Of a stretch of 34,459 nt of DNA, positions 1 through 10,352 are shown piece by piece (positions within the stretch are counted from its first letter, which is position 1; each line of letters starts with the position of its first letter). Below the pieces are notes generated by a model. The model did no database searches. It saw nothing but the letters and a program-made list of their open reading frames with translations, and was not told the origin of the DNA. The translations under genes and the position numbers were made by a program. Where the stretch lies: IMG/VR virus record IMGVR_UViG_3300032274_000029, positions 1 to 34,459 of that record. One strand, 5' to 3'. The DNA is from a virus (taxonomy: Duplodnaviria > Caudoviricetes).

Positions 1-348
1 CTCTCTGTAAAACCCATCAACTGCAGGAACACTTAATAACATGTCTTGATATATTGCAGTTCCTGTGCTAAAAACTTCTCCAAGTGCCATATAAACTGAA
101 ACACTTGAGCCACCAATACAGAATAAATCTGAGGCAGAGTTGCTATTAAATTGTAAACTAACTAAATTTTCATCACAATTACCACATGTTTGTGGAGCTT
201 CTAATTTACAATTTGTTAATTTTCTTGAAACTACTCCATCAGAATACCATCCATCAGGTGCACAAATTGTTTGATCAAAATCAGTAAAGACTTTTGTTGC
301 AGTTGATAAACTCGATCCATTCAAATAATAATTTCCTAAAGTAGCCAT
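1..348 (-). CDS. Cys-rich virion/tail-associated protein, 5' part only (runs off window)
   Basis: ATG at 348 reads MATLGNYYLNGSSLSTATKVFTDFDQTICAPDGWYSDG... open to the window edge; follows the tail gene. Confidence 0.7.
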   Translation of the reverse strand, partial: MATLGNYYLNGSSLSTATKVFTDFDQTICAPDGWYSDGVVSRKLTNCKLEAPQTCGNCDENLVSLQFNSNSASDLFCIGGSSVSVYMALGEVFSTGTAIYQDMLLSVPAVDGFYRE

Positions 349-349
349 A

Positions 350-505
350 TTAATTCTTTACTGTAAAATTTAATAACGTTAATATAAATTTCTTTTTTAA
401 AATATCAATATGAATTTTAATAAAACTTATTTTTCCTAACCTTAAATTAAAATCAATTATATCCCACTTTTTTGCGTTTGATTTCCAACTATTTATATAT
501 TTCAT
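350..505 (-). CDS. small hypothetical protein (51 aa, MKYINSWKSNAKKWDIIDFNLRLG...)
   Basis: manual translation; fills the gap between flanking co-oriented genes. Confidence 0.65.
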   Translation of the reverse strand: MKYINSWKSNAKKWDIIDFNLRLGKISFIKIHIDILKKKFILTLLNFTVKN

Positions 506-515
506 AATTACTTAT

Positions 516-3500
516 TTAACAGTTACACGTTTGACTATATATTGTTATTTCAGGGTCTCTGCTTACGATTGATTTAATACAACTTGAATAGGCTGAGAAT
601 GGAAGCATAAGTTGTGTAACAGTTGTTCCTGTACAATTAACTACGGTTACTGAACCATTTACGCTTGTGTTGTTTTCAAATTGTATAAAATTACATTCAT
701 TATCGCAACTGTCTCCACTTATAGATGAGATAATTATGTCTGGTGTTACGAAAGTATAACCTACAACTTTCCATAAACATCCTACACCTGAAACATTAAC
801 AGTTGTGTTTAAAGCTAATTGCGTTGGATAACTTCCCACTAAATTTTCTCCTGTGACACAGTCTTCAATAACATGATTTTGCACTGGGCAATCGCATGAC
901 TGCCAAACTATGCTAAAATTAGCAGACTGGTCTATCGCCTGAGCCGTACAGACTTGTATTGTTTCTAATTCACCTATTACTACATTAGTGTCTTTAATCC
1001 CACCACAGTCTCTATAAGTAAAAGTTTGTGGTCCAGGACCTGCTCCTGTAACATTATAATAATTACAAACATCACTGCAGTCTGCTACAGGATTTAAAGA
1101 TGTTACATTTGTTGTAACACTTCCTGAAACAAATGCTACTACTTCGTATACACATGAGTCTGTATTAACACTAACTAAATCTCCAATGGTATAGCCTGCA
1201 TCTGTTGCGTATTCTGTATTACCACTTAACACACTCCAATCTAAAACACATCTTTCTAATTGAACTAAATTTGCTATGTTACATTCACAATTACTCAAGG
1301 TAATGGTAACATTTGCAGGAATAGGGTCAATTGATCTTGCACATATTTTTACAGAAGTATTTTCTGGTAAACTTACAGTTTGAGGTAAGAAATTACAATC
1401 AACATAATCAATGTCTGTAGTGCCTGGGTTTGTACTAATTAAATCATATTCTTGACAGAAATTATCACAATCTGTTCCTAAGCTAAGAGCTGAAACTGTA
1501 TCAGTAACCTCATCAGTAGACGAGCTAGTTATTTCAAAGTAACAATCAGGTAGTCCTGCTAATTGTACAAATTGACCTACGGTATAAGGACCTTGAATTA
1601 CTTCGGTATTTACAACGCCATCTAGTCTACACTGTGTTGCAATAAATTTAGCTGCATCAGCACATCCACAACACGCATCAAAAGCACTTAGGGTTGAATA
1701 ACACAACTCTGCTAACACAGGCTCTCTGTAATCATATATTAAATAAAGCTTATCAAAATCATTACCAGAAGGCATTATAAATTGCGACAAGTAGGTTGAG
1801 GTTGCTCCTGAAGCATCCAAAATACCTTGTGTTGATGCATTGATTAAATCTTGTATCGATGCAGGAGTATCAACATATAGTGTGCTGCTTCTTAAATACT
1901 TAAAGTTCATTGGTGGATTTGCAAAAACAAAGTCATCAGTTGGTAGTATCTTTTTTGAAATTATTGATACAATTGCACCATCTGCAGGAATAATCCCTGC
2001 TCCCTGTGGTCCTGAAACTGAACTGTATTGAGATATCAGTGGTGATGTGTTAGAAGATTTTAACTTCACCTGCTCTTGGTGTAATGGAGAAACAAATACT
2101 CCATCAATCCATCGGTATTGATTATGTATAGATTGTCCTGCATCTACTTTATCTGACACACATACTTGTATTATCTCAATAGTATCAGGTATAGGACAGT
2201 TTACAATAAATTCTACATCAGCATTTAATGTGCCTGAAAAAGTTAACTCAACAGTATCTGTTAATACCTTGTCTTTCTCAAAAGTTAATGTGTTTGAACC
2301 TGTGTTTAAATTAATCAAAGACGTATTGCCATCATAAATAGCAGTTAGTGTAAAAGGTCCATTTGATAAATTACTAACAGTAACATCAATATTTACATAT
2401 CCTACTAACTGCCCTAAGTTGAAACAAAAGACTCTAGAAACCTGACTAAATACAAATACTTTTGTAATACCACAATCTATACATGGGTCTTCAATAGGCA
2501 ATAAATCATCATTAGTACTAAAAACATATTCATCCATGTAAGGGTCATAGCCACCAAGTTTTTGTGTGTTAGGAGCTGCAATAAATCTATCTCTAAACCA
2601 TGAACGCATTCCTGCTTCAGATATAACTGTAAGTTGCTCATTACTATAAGCACTACCTTTTAATTGAATTAATACGCCACGTTTTTGATCAGAAAAATAT
2701 TTATCGTATCCATACACTGCAAAACTTTCTGGATTAAAACTTATACCAAACTCTTCAAGTCTTGCTATCTGAGTTCCAAGAACTTCAGGCACAGAAGTTA
2801 TAGCTCCTCCAACGGCAGAATCAGATAATAAATTTTTACCTGCTAATACGTAAGATATTTTATCTTCTTGAAGAGTAAGTATATCGGTACTTCTAGCAAA
2901 TAATTTTTGTATAGGACCAAACGACTCTTCTGTTCTTTTGAAGTTTAATAAACCTAAATTAAATTCATTAAGTTTATTTACATTACTTTCATCATTGTAT
3001 ATTCCACTATATGTAATATCAGCAAATCTATTAGCTTGGCGATAATCTTCTGAAGATGTAGTTGTAACTCTGTTACCTAGTAAAAGTGGTCTTCCAACCA
3101 AAGAGTCTCTTATTTTATAACTCTCAACACCATTACCAAAAGCAAAACAATTAAAAAACGATGTGTCTATAATTGCAGACTGAGATAATGTCTGAGATTG
3201 TATATTTCCAAGGTGAACGTTTTCTACCGATGTTGTAAGAATTGTTATGTTTGCAGGGTCATCAGGTGGCGTAGATGATGATGTAGCCATAGAATTACAA
3301 TCACCGTTTATATTTGACATTGATTCACCTGGCTCTAAAATAACTTGTTCTTGAAATCCATTTAGCGTATACTCGAATGCTATTGGATTTGTTTCTGAAG
3401 AAGAAACACTTAAATCAAACAAACAACCTTCTTTTACAATGTCAAAAGTTTCTGAGCCTTCATACCACACATCAGGTTGTGCGTCTGTTGGAAATGTTTC

Positions 3501-6329
3501 AAAAACAATAGTACTCTCTGCTCTAAATATTTCAAAAGTAACTTCTACTTTAGACCTTCTTTTTGACGTTGATCCACAAGCTCTTGTACCAGAAGCTATA
3601 AAACGTATTTCTTGAGTACTGTTGTTTTTATACCATCTGTAAAAATTAGTACATAATGATGGTGTAATACCATAATTATTAGAAGATGAAATCGCAAGAG
3701 TTGGGTCGTATTCGTTTTCTACATCACATCCACCTCCACCAACTTCTTGTTGACCTGTGTTTAATATTTCTTGTACATTGTCTCCGTTCCACCAATCTAT
3801 AATATCGTCATAATCTTGAGACGCAGTTAGCGTAGATTCTAAATTATACACTCTACGTTCACATCTATTGTTACCTTGACTAGGACCTCTTCTTCGAAAT
3901 TTAAAATTTAACTTAATCCTACTTCCTGAAGGAATTGTATAATTTATAAAATTACCTGAACCATCATCTTCTCCAAAATTTTTATATGCTAATATAGGGT
4001 AGTTATCGTTTCCTCTTACAGTTAAGCTTTGTTTGCCTGGTAAAATAAATGGATTATCACCTAAAGCAACAGAGAAATCTTGAGCTTTCATTTTCATGTA
4101 AGTACCTGCAGGAATAGGTACTTCATTATCTTCGTCATCTAAAATTGGAGGCACAATAAAATCTGCCTCTTTAGCTTCTTTTTCTAAAACAGTAGCATAA
4201 GCACATCTTAACAAAGAACCACTTGTATCTGCTTTTACAATATACCTATCTCCTGTCTCTACTTTTCTTTGGTTTTCTCCTTCTAATAAAAAGTATGTTT
4301 CGTTAGTTGTTGGGTCTGTAAAAAATATATTTGTATAAATTGTTTCATAGCCTTCAGCACTAGGCTTTATTGCGAACTTATATTTTGTTGCCCAGTATGG
4401 AGGTCTTTGTTGTGTCGGTATAGTTACTTGAATAGAATTTTTTTGGTCTGAAAACCCACAGGGGACATGTTCAGCATTTAATGGACTTACTAGAGCAGTA
4501 GATGCTCTATTATATTCATCCATATAAATTATACCTATCTCATAATCTCTATTACTATGAAGGCTTTTAGTGTCAGATATTTTTTGGTAAGTAACTTCAG
4601 CAAAATTCCATCCATAGTATTCGTAAGCATTTTGAGTTGGAGCAGCAACATCGTCTACTCTACGCATAGCTATTAATTCAAAACCAATAGTGTTTGACCC
4701 TATAGAAGTAACAATGCCTACTGGTTGATTAGCTGAAGATATTCCACTTTCAAATTTTGTCCAACTTGTTGGTTGTGAAGCATCCAAAATATTAGGAATG
4801 TTACAGTTTATTATATCTGTTAAAGTAAATCCATCACAAGAAGTCTCTACTAATGGGTCTGAGTCATATACTGGTTTTAAAGTACCAACACCTACTTTTT
4901 CTTGAAAGTCTAAACTTGTGGCTAAATCATATACACTGTTAAAATCTTGTGGTAATACATAACTCCACTCAATATTTGTTTGTGGAGTTGTTTCTGTAGG
5001 AGTGTTACCTTGAAAATCTCTATGAATAAAAGAGGCATCAATAGATATTAATGAACCTGCTACTAACTCTACGTCTTCTAGGTCTATAACAAGACCACCA
5101 TCTACTATGTTTACGGTTGCACCAAAAGTATAAGATGCGTTATCTGTAGAATCTTCAATTGACTCTAAACCTATAAGTTCAGAAATTAGTTCTGTTTCAA
5201 ACTCGAACCTTACAGGTGAGTCATTAATGTCAACTAAGTTATAGTTTTCAATGTAGTTTCCATACATTAACCTATTACCCATTAAAGTTTGAGATTTTGC
5301 AAACAAAGGAACATTGTCATATAATCTTAACAACTCAGACTCTGGAAGTATTGTAAATATTTTACTATTCCTAAATGTAAAAGTATAATTAGTGTTATCT
5401 GCTAATCCTAAATCAGATTTTTTAATTTTTTCTATAACCTTAATTATAGTGCCATCGCTATCTTTAAACAACAAATCTATAGCAGTAACTAAAGGTCCTC
5501 CTGAATTATATGTAATAATAGCAGTATTAAACCTATTTACTACACCTTCATTTAAATAAGACTCTGAACTAAAATCAAAAGGACTTGTATTAAAAGCTGC
5601 ATCTGAAAATTGCGATGTAGCTGAGTATTCATCGTCTTGATATTCGTATCTATAAGCAAATGAAATAAATCTTTCTTCTAAATAATTTTCATCTCCACCA
5701 GTTGTTGAGGTTAGTTCTATTGTTGGTGCACTATGAGGTGGCTTTTTAATGACTAGAAACGACTCTTCAAGCAAGGCTGCATTGCCATTTCCATCTACCC
5801 TTGGAGTTCCACTAGGAATTTCGTAGCTACGGCTTACATTTATAAATCTTGGTGCATTATAATTATCTGTCCAAAATAATAAGCCATCAATTAAATCAAT
5901 CCCTGTAATAAGATATTTTTCATTTAGGTTTAAAACAGTCTCTGTAGGATTAATTCCACCTTTAGAAACACTAATAACATGGTATATTGTATCGTTGGTT
6001 ACTGTATTAAAAGAAATAATTAAATCTATTTTTCCTGTAGGACTGTTCCCTAAAAACGTAGGGTCATGAACCCACCAATAAATAGTTTCATTTGCTCCAT
6101 CATCATATGCTCCAATGCACTTAGCGTTTCCACTTAGGCTTTCCCCTTCATAAGATAATGCTGCAATTAAAGTATTACCTTTAGAATTTTCAACTGCACC
6201 AACTTCTGTTGACTCAGATGATCCTAATCTAACATTTACTGCATCAATATATTGTCCGTTAGGAACGAGTCTCTCGTCAACGGATTTATTCATTTTACCT
6301 GCTATAAAGTTTCTTTGGAATGTAGCCAT
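516..6329 (-). CDS. large tail (stabilisation/nozzle-type) protein with C-terminal Cys-rich repeats
   Basis: 1937 aa; N-terminus (GKMNKSVDERLVPNGQYIDAVN, LFWTDN, ERFISFAYRY) resembles podovirus/crAss-like tail stabilisation proteins; lies after the ring genes. Confidence 0.7.
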   Translation of the reverse strand: MATFQRNFIAGKMNKSVDERLVPNGQYIDAVNVRLGSSESTEVGAVENSKGNTLIAALSYEGESLSGNAKCIGAYDDGANETIYWWVHDPTFLGNSPTGKIDLIISFNTVTNDTIYHVISVSKGGINPTETVLNLNEKYLITGIDLIDGLLFWTDNYNAPRFINVSRSYEIPSGTPRVDGNGNAALLEESFLVIKKPPHSAPTIELTSTTGGDENYLEERFISFAYRYEYQDDEYSATSQFSDAAFNTSPFDFSSESYLNEGVVNRFNTAIITYNSGGPLVTAIDLLFKDSDGTIIKVIEKIKKSDLGLADNTNYTFTFRNSKIFTILPESELLRLYDNVPLFAKSQTLMGNRLMYGNYIENYNLVDINDSPVRFEFETELISELIGLESIEDSTDNASYTFGATVNIVDGGLVIDLEDVELVAGSLISIDASFIHRDFQGNTPTETTPQTNIEWSYVLPQDFNSVYDLATSLDFQEKVGVGTLKPVYDSDPLVETSCDGFTLTDIINCNIPNILDASQPTSWTKFESGISSANQPVGIVTSIGSNTIGFELIAMRRVDDVAAPTQNAYEYYGWNFAEVTYQKISDTKSLHSNRDYEIGIIYMDEYNRASTALVSPLNAEHVPCGFSDQKNSIQVTIPTQQRPPYWATKYKFAIKPSAEGYETIYTNIFFTDPTTNETYFLLEGENQRKVETGDRYIVKADTSGSLLRCAYATVLEKEAKEADFIVPPILDDEDNEVPIPAGTYMKMKAQDFSVALGDNPFILPGKQSLTVRGNDNYPILAYKNFGEDDGSGNFINYTIPSGSRIKLNFKFRRRGPSQGNNRCERRVYNLESTLTASQDYDDIIDWWNGDNVQEILNTGQQEVGGGGCDVENEYDPTLAISSSNNYGITPSLCTNFYRWYKNNSTQEIRFIASGTRACGSTSKRRSKVEVTFEIFRAESTIVFETFPTDAQPDVWYEGSETFDIVKEGCLFDLSVSSSETNPIAFEYTLNGFQEQVILEPGESMSNINGDCNSMATSSSTPPDDPANITILTTSVENVHLGNIQSQTLSQSAIIDTSFFNCFAFGNGVESYKIRDSLVGRPLLLGNRVTTTSSEDYRQANRFADITYSGIYNDESNVNKLNEFNLGLLNFKRTEESFGPIQKLFARSTDILTLQEDKISYVLAGKNLLSDSAVGGAITSVPEVLGTQIARLEEFGISFNPESFAVYGYDKYFSDQKRGVLIQLKGSAYSNEQLTVISEAGMRSWFRDRFIAAPNTQKLGGYDPYMDEYVFSTNDDLLPIEDPCIDCGITKVFVFSQVSRVFCFNLGQLVGYVNIDVTVSNLSNGPFTLTAIYDGNTSLINLNTGSNTLTFEKDKVLTDTVELTFSGTLNADVEFIVNCPIPDTIEIIQVCVSDKVDAGQSIHNQYRWIDGVFVSPLHQEQVKLKSSNTSPLISQYSSVSGPQGAGIIPADGAIVSIISKKILPTDDFVFANPPMNFKYLRSSTLYVDTPASIQDLINASTQGILDASGATSTYLSQFIMPSGNDFDKLYLIYDYREPVLAELCYSTLSAFDACCGCADAAKFIATQCRLDGVVNTEVIQGPYTVGQFVQLAGLPDCYFEITSSSTDEVTDTVSALSLGTDCDNFCQEYDLISTNPGTTDIDYVDCNFLPQTVSLPENTSVKICARSIDPIPANVTITLSNCECNIANLVQLERCVLDWSVLSGNTEYATDAGYTIGDLVSVNTDSCVYEVVAFVSGSVTTNVTSLNPVADCSDVCNYYNVTGAGPGPQTFTYRDCGGIKDTNVVIGELETIQVCTAQAIDQSANFSIVWQSCDCPVQNHVIEDCVTGENLVGSYPTQLALNTTVNVSGVGCLWKVVGYTFVTPDIIISSISGDSCDNECNFIQFENNTSVNGSVTVVNCTGTTVTQLMLPFSAYSSCIKSIVSRDPEITIYSQTCNC

Positions 6330-6330
6330 A

Positions 6331-7254
6331 TTATTTTATCCACTTGTCTCGACCTCTCAGATTCATTAATAATCTTCCTGGGTGTATATTGCTTAATCTT
6401 ATTTTTGCGTTTCTAAGGAGTGCTGATTTAGCTTTTTTAGCTCTATTAACAACATACTCTTGTACGCCTAATTTACTATTTAATATTTGATAACTAATGT
6501 AGGCATAAACATAATCTTCAAATAACTTATTTACAGTCACCTGTGTATCGTCTCCACTTTCCATTCCATCAGACACATATTCTAATATGCAACTTTCATC
6601 AGCCATAGTCGAATCAAAGTTTATAACCCCTGCTTTTTTATCAATTCTAAAAGTAGGATTAGCATTTGCAGTTTCTGTATTGAGACCATATCTAGCACCT
6701 ACTGCGAAATCAAAATACCAACACCCCTCATATTCGTAGCCTAATAATCCATTGTATGGACTCAAGCTATTTAAATAAATACTTGGTTGTTGTCCTGTAA
6801 TTCTTGTAAAGTCTAAAGGAGAATATTCTGGTTGTAAGGCTTTACCATCTTGGTCGAAAAGTATTCTACAATCATTAGCTTGTAAGTAAGCTTTGGCAGA
6901 ATTTACTTGAACATTTTCTACCATAGGTCTTATAACACCATCTTTATAATAAGATATTCTTACCCAATTTACATAATCAGAAGGTAAAATAAACCTAAGC
7001 TCTTCACAAACAGTTAACTGTAAAACTTTAACTTCTTTAAAAGCATCATAATTTAATTCTTGAATTGCTCTTTTAGCATGAAAAAGTATCTTATATCTTT
7101 CCTCATTGTTTATTAAAGAGTGGTTACCAGAATACATTAACTGATAGTTTACAACTATATCTTTTAATGACACGTATTGGTACGAACCCCAATTAGCATC
7201 TTCAGGAGCATTACCTCCATTTTCGTAATATTCGTATTGGCTGATGTATGACAT
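6331..7254 (-). CDS. putative tail ring/adaptor structural protein
   Basis: 307 aa; position between capsid and large tail gene; LP.DYV motif typical of tail tubular/adaptor proteins. Confidence 0.55.
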   Translation of the reverse strand: MSYISQYEYYENGGNAPEDANWGSYQYVSLKDIVVNYQLMYSGNHSLINNEERYKILFHAKRAIQELNYDAFKEVKVLQLTVCEELRFILPSDYVNWVRISYYKDGVIRPMVENVQVNSAKAYLQANDCRILFDQDGKALQPEYSPLDFTRITGQQPSIYLNSLSPYNGLLGYEYEGCWYFDFAVGARYGLNTETANANPTFRIDKKAGVINFDSTMADESCILEYVSDGMESGDDTQVTVNKLFEDYVYAYISYQILNSKLGVQEYVVNRAKKAKSALLRNAKIRLSNIHPGRLLMNLRGRDKWIK

Positions 7255-7256
7255 AA

Positions 7257-7979
7257 TTATTTTTCACTATTAATTTCAGTAGCTTCTTCAGCTCCTGCAT
7301 ATTGAACAACTGATGCCTCTCTAATTGAAACTCCTGCGTATTGTAATATTTTCATTGTTAAATCCGTTGCATCGTCTGGAAACAGTTCAAAGTCTTGATA
7401 GTCAGGTTGTGTTTGGTCAAATACAGGTTCATTGTTTGTTCCTAAATCTACATAAGTCCATTTTGGAGCTTTAGGATAACGTATGTACTGACAATTAACA
7501 GTTGGTAATGTGGCAGGTGTTGGATAAATTGTAGCAACACTACCCTCTGTTGTATATGCAGGGAACATTGTAGATGGTGCAGTTAAAGGAGAAGAATTAA
7601 GTAATAGTATTTTACTTTGTTCAATTCTTTCCAACTCTGTACTACCTGTAAATATTTTATTAATTAAATAATAATCACTACCTGTTGTGGAAATTGATGG
7701 CAGAAAAAATTTATCTAAATTTGCTCCAACCTGAGATAGAGCAGTCGTTACAGAAAAAAAATCAATAACTTCTACGTATCCTTTTTTTATGTCAGCATAA
7801 CCTGTTCCAGATGTCCTTTGGTTTTCTTTGTTTACTTGATAATTATATGCGTAAAAATAATCCTCAAACAAATCCATTTGAGCTTGTTGTGCATATAGAT
7901 TAAAATCTTGTGGAGAGATGTATCCGTAGTTGTTTTTATTTAATACGGCTAAAACCGTATTTCTAATATCGTTTATCAT
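7257..7979 (-). CDS. putative head-tail adaptor/ring protein
   Basis: 240 aa; NKNNYGYISPQDFNLYAQQAQ and YIRYPKAPKW motifs like Bacteroidota podophage ring proteins; synteny. Confidence 0.6.
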   Translation of the reverse strand: MINDIRNTVLAVLNKNNYGYISPQDFNLYAQQAQMDLFEDYFYAYNYQVNKENQRTSGTGYADIKKGYVEVIDFFSVTTALSQVGANLDKFFLPSISTTGSDYYLINKIFTGSTELERIEQSKILLLNSSPLTAPSTMFPAYTTEGSVATIYPTPATLPTVNCQYIRYPKAPKWTYVDLGTNNEPVFDQTQPDYQDFELFPDDATDLTMKILQYAGVSIREASVVQYAGAEEATEINSEK

Positions 7980-7996
7980 CCTGACTATTATTTACA

Positions 7997-8004
7997 CAAA
8001 GATA
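7997..8004 (-). promoter_or_regulatory. Bacteroidota-type -7 promoter box (TATCTTTG)
   Basis: TAnnTTTG 17 nt upstream of the start at 7979, right after a terminator. Confidence 0.6.
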
Positions 8005-8007
8005 ATC

Positions 8008-8037
8008 AAAAAAAAAAGAGGTCTTAAAATAGACCTC
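8008..8037 (-). terminator. Rho-independent terminator
   Basis: GAGGTCT/AGACCTC stem followed by 10 T on the minus strand. Confidence 0.75.
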
Positions 8038-8052
8038 CCTCCAAATATTTTT

Positions 8053-8799
8053 TTAATCCAACAATTGTTCTAGATGTTTTAATGCATCTATTCCATCATC
8101 AGATTGGAAATAGGATGATACTATGTAAATTGGGTCTTCTCCAAAAGGAATAGTACAAAGTCTTGTTTTGTTGGCTTTGGTGTTGAACCAAACTTCTTTG
8201 TTTTTATTTCTGTATTTAATAAGACCTTCTTCAAAGCATTTATGCACCGTTGCTTGTAACTTTAATACTGGATCATTTACAATAGACATAAACTCTTGAG
8301 GCTCTCTTTTAGCATAAACTAAAATATCTCTCTTCATTTCATCTGTACTTATCCTTGATGGGTCTTTTGAAAACAATACTCTTGTTAAGGTTTCTAGTTG
8401 TGCTATTGATAAAGAACGTGCCTCTATCATTGCATCAAGCTCTATGTTAATAGTTTCAACAATTTCTTGAGCATCTTTCGCTTTGTCTAATTCTTTAAAC
8501 TTAACGCCATTATGTGGGTGTACATCTAAAAACTTTTGTAATACCTGGTTAGATTTTGGTACTCTTAAAAAACCATCTTCAAAAACAATAGGCTCAATAA
8601 TTGCATTTTTATCTTGTTCATCTACGAATGGTGATTTTTGATTTCGAGCATAACGTAGTTCTCTGTTTACTCCTGTCTCTGGGTCTACCCAAAGTAATGG
8701 AAATCTTCTAGTGTGTCTTGTTGCAAGCATGAAAGATAAAGGTGCTGCATTCCTTGTTAACTTGTAGACTTTGTCTACTCTTTGTACTGTAGTTTTCAT
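8053..8799 (-). CDS. conserved phage protein downstream of major capsid gene
   Basis: 248-aa ORF flanked by terminators; function not recognisable. Confidence 0.75.
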   Translation of the reverse strand: MKTTVQRVDKVYKLTRNAAPLSFMLATRHTRRFPLLWVDPETGVNRELRYARNQKSPFVDEQDKNAIIEPIVFEDGFLRVPKSNQVLQKFLDVHPHNGVKFKELDKAKDAQEIVETINIELDAMIEARSLSIAQLETLTRVLFSKDPSRISTDEMKRDILVYAKREPQEFMSIVNDPVLKLQATVHKCFEEGLIKYRNKNKEVWFNTKANKTRLCTIPFGEDPIYIVSSYFQSDDGIDALKHLEQLLD

Positions 8800-8824
8800 T
8801 TGATATAATTTAATTTAATTTATA

Positions 8825-8855
8825 AAAAAGGAGTCTCTTTGAGGAGACTCCTTTT
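8825..8855 (-). terminator. terminator after major capsid gene; contains a variant of the 16-bp palindrome (GTCTCTTTGAGGAGAC, 8833-8848)
   Basis: AAAAGGAGTCTC/GAGACTCCTTTT stem with A/T tails. Confidence 0.75.
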
Positions 8856-8870
8856 CTTTGATTAGTGTTC

Positions 8871-10328
8871 TTAGTCTTGGAAGATAAAGAAGTTGTTTGC
8901 ACCTAAAGTACAAACTGCTCTTTCACTCAAGAAGTTTACTTCCATCGCATCTAAGTCAGATGTTTTTGCACCACCTGCTGAACCAGTGATCCAAGTTTTG
9001 TAACGTCTGTCTTCAGTTTCTGAAGCTCTGTATCGAACATGTAAGAATGGTCTCTTAGCGTTCTTTCCAAGGATTTGGTCATAAACAGTTGTAGACCCTG
9101 CAGGTACTAACAATCCGTTAATGCTTCCAGTACCATCAACTCCACCACGCATTGTTGGGTCGTTTAGGTATTTCCAATCAGACTTGTAAAAGTCATAACC
9201 TCTACGGAATCCTGTGAATCCTAGGTTAAGTGCCATCTCTTCATCATTGTCAAAAAGACCATAAGAAGTTCCACCTGCTCCGTAAGAATTTTGAGCAGCT
9301 AACATATCATCGATGTCAAATCCAAAGTCTCTGTTTAAGAAAATTACATTTTCTTCAATAGAACCTTGCTTATCTAAACGTGAAATGATCGCATCAAAAT
9401 CTGCTAAAGCATTAGGGTTTCCACCTGCCCATACATTTCCTCTTTGTTGTACTACATAGAATACACCTTCAGACCCCTTGTTTCCAACTTGGTCAGAAGT
9501 AACTTGTGTAGCAACACCAGAACCTGCTTCAGCAGGAACTGCTTCAATCATTGCAGTTTCTAAATAGTCATCGTAACGTAAACGAGTTTCGTGCTCAGAC
9601 TTCAAGTACCATAAGTAACCTGAAGCTCCGTTCTCAGTAGTAACCTCAATCCATCCGATTTGAGCCATATCAGAACCTGATACTGCGTACTTATCTTTGA
9701 TGATAATTGGAGAGTTCTCGAAAATGAAATCGTCAGATTCTAATGAACCTTGCATTCCGTTTGTTCCTTTCTTAAATTCAGAACCATAGATGAAAATACT
9801 TGCATCAGCATTTCCTAATCCTGAACCACCTGTGTAACCTGCAGCATCATAGAATGCAACAGTGAATTGGTTGTTTGCAAGGTCAACTGCTATAACAATA
9901 GCTTTGAACTCACCTGAACCATCGTTGTTTACAACAACAACTGTCTGACCAACTCTAATTGCAATCTGAACTGTTGCACCAGAACCTGGTTGAACAGTTG
10001 AGCCTGCAGGGTTAAGTACGTCATTCACTTGAAAAATTGCTTCTCCACCTGCTACTACTGCAGCAGTACCACAATCAACATACTTGGTGTGAAGTCTTCC
10101 TTGCTCTGCCCATTTGATAAGGTCTGAATTAGAAGGCATTTCTGCTCCTACCATTCTAATGAATGAGGAGATTGTTCGGTTACCATATCTTTCGAATTCT
10201 TTTTCGTAAGTATCTGGTAAATACTGATTCAAAAAGTTGAAGTCAGTAATATAATTTGAAGCCAAAGGCGTTTGATGCGAGCTAGGCTGCAAATCAAAAC
10301 CTGGCGTAGCTTGGACTGATCCTGCCAT
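8871..10328 (-). CDS. major capsid protein
   Basis: 485 aa; follows portal and scaffold; own terminator; QYLPDTYEKEFERYGN...KWAEQGRLH pattern of Bacteroidota phage capsids. Confidence 0.8.
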   Translation of the reverse strand: MAGSVQATPGFDLQPSSHQTPLASNYITDFNFLNQYLPDTYEKEFERYGNRTISSFIRMVGAEMPSNSDLIKWAEQGRLHTKYVDCGTAAVVAGGEAIFQVNDVLNPAGSTVQPGSGATVQIAIRVGQTVVVVNNDGSGEFKAIVIAVDLANNQFTVAFYDAAGYTGGSGLGNADASIFIYGSEFKKGTNGMQGSLESDDFIFENSPIIIKDKYAVSGSDMAQIGWIEVTTENGASGYLWYLKSEHETRLRYDDYLETAMIEAVPAEAGSGVATQVTSDQVGNKGSEGVFYVVQQRGNVWAGGNPNALADFDAIISRLDKQGSIEENVIFLNRDFGFDIDDMLAAQNSYGAGGTSYGLFDNDEEMALNLGFTGFRRGYDFYKSDWKYLNDPTMRGGVDGTGSINGLLVPAGSTTVYDQILGKNAKRPFLHVRYRASETEDRRYKTWITGSAGGAKTSDLDAMEVNFLSERAVCTLGANNFFIFQD

Positions 10329-10352
10329 AATTTTATTAGTTTTTTAAATTAA

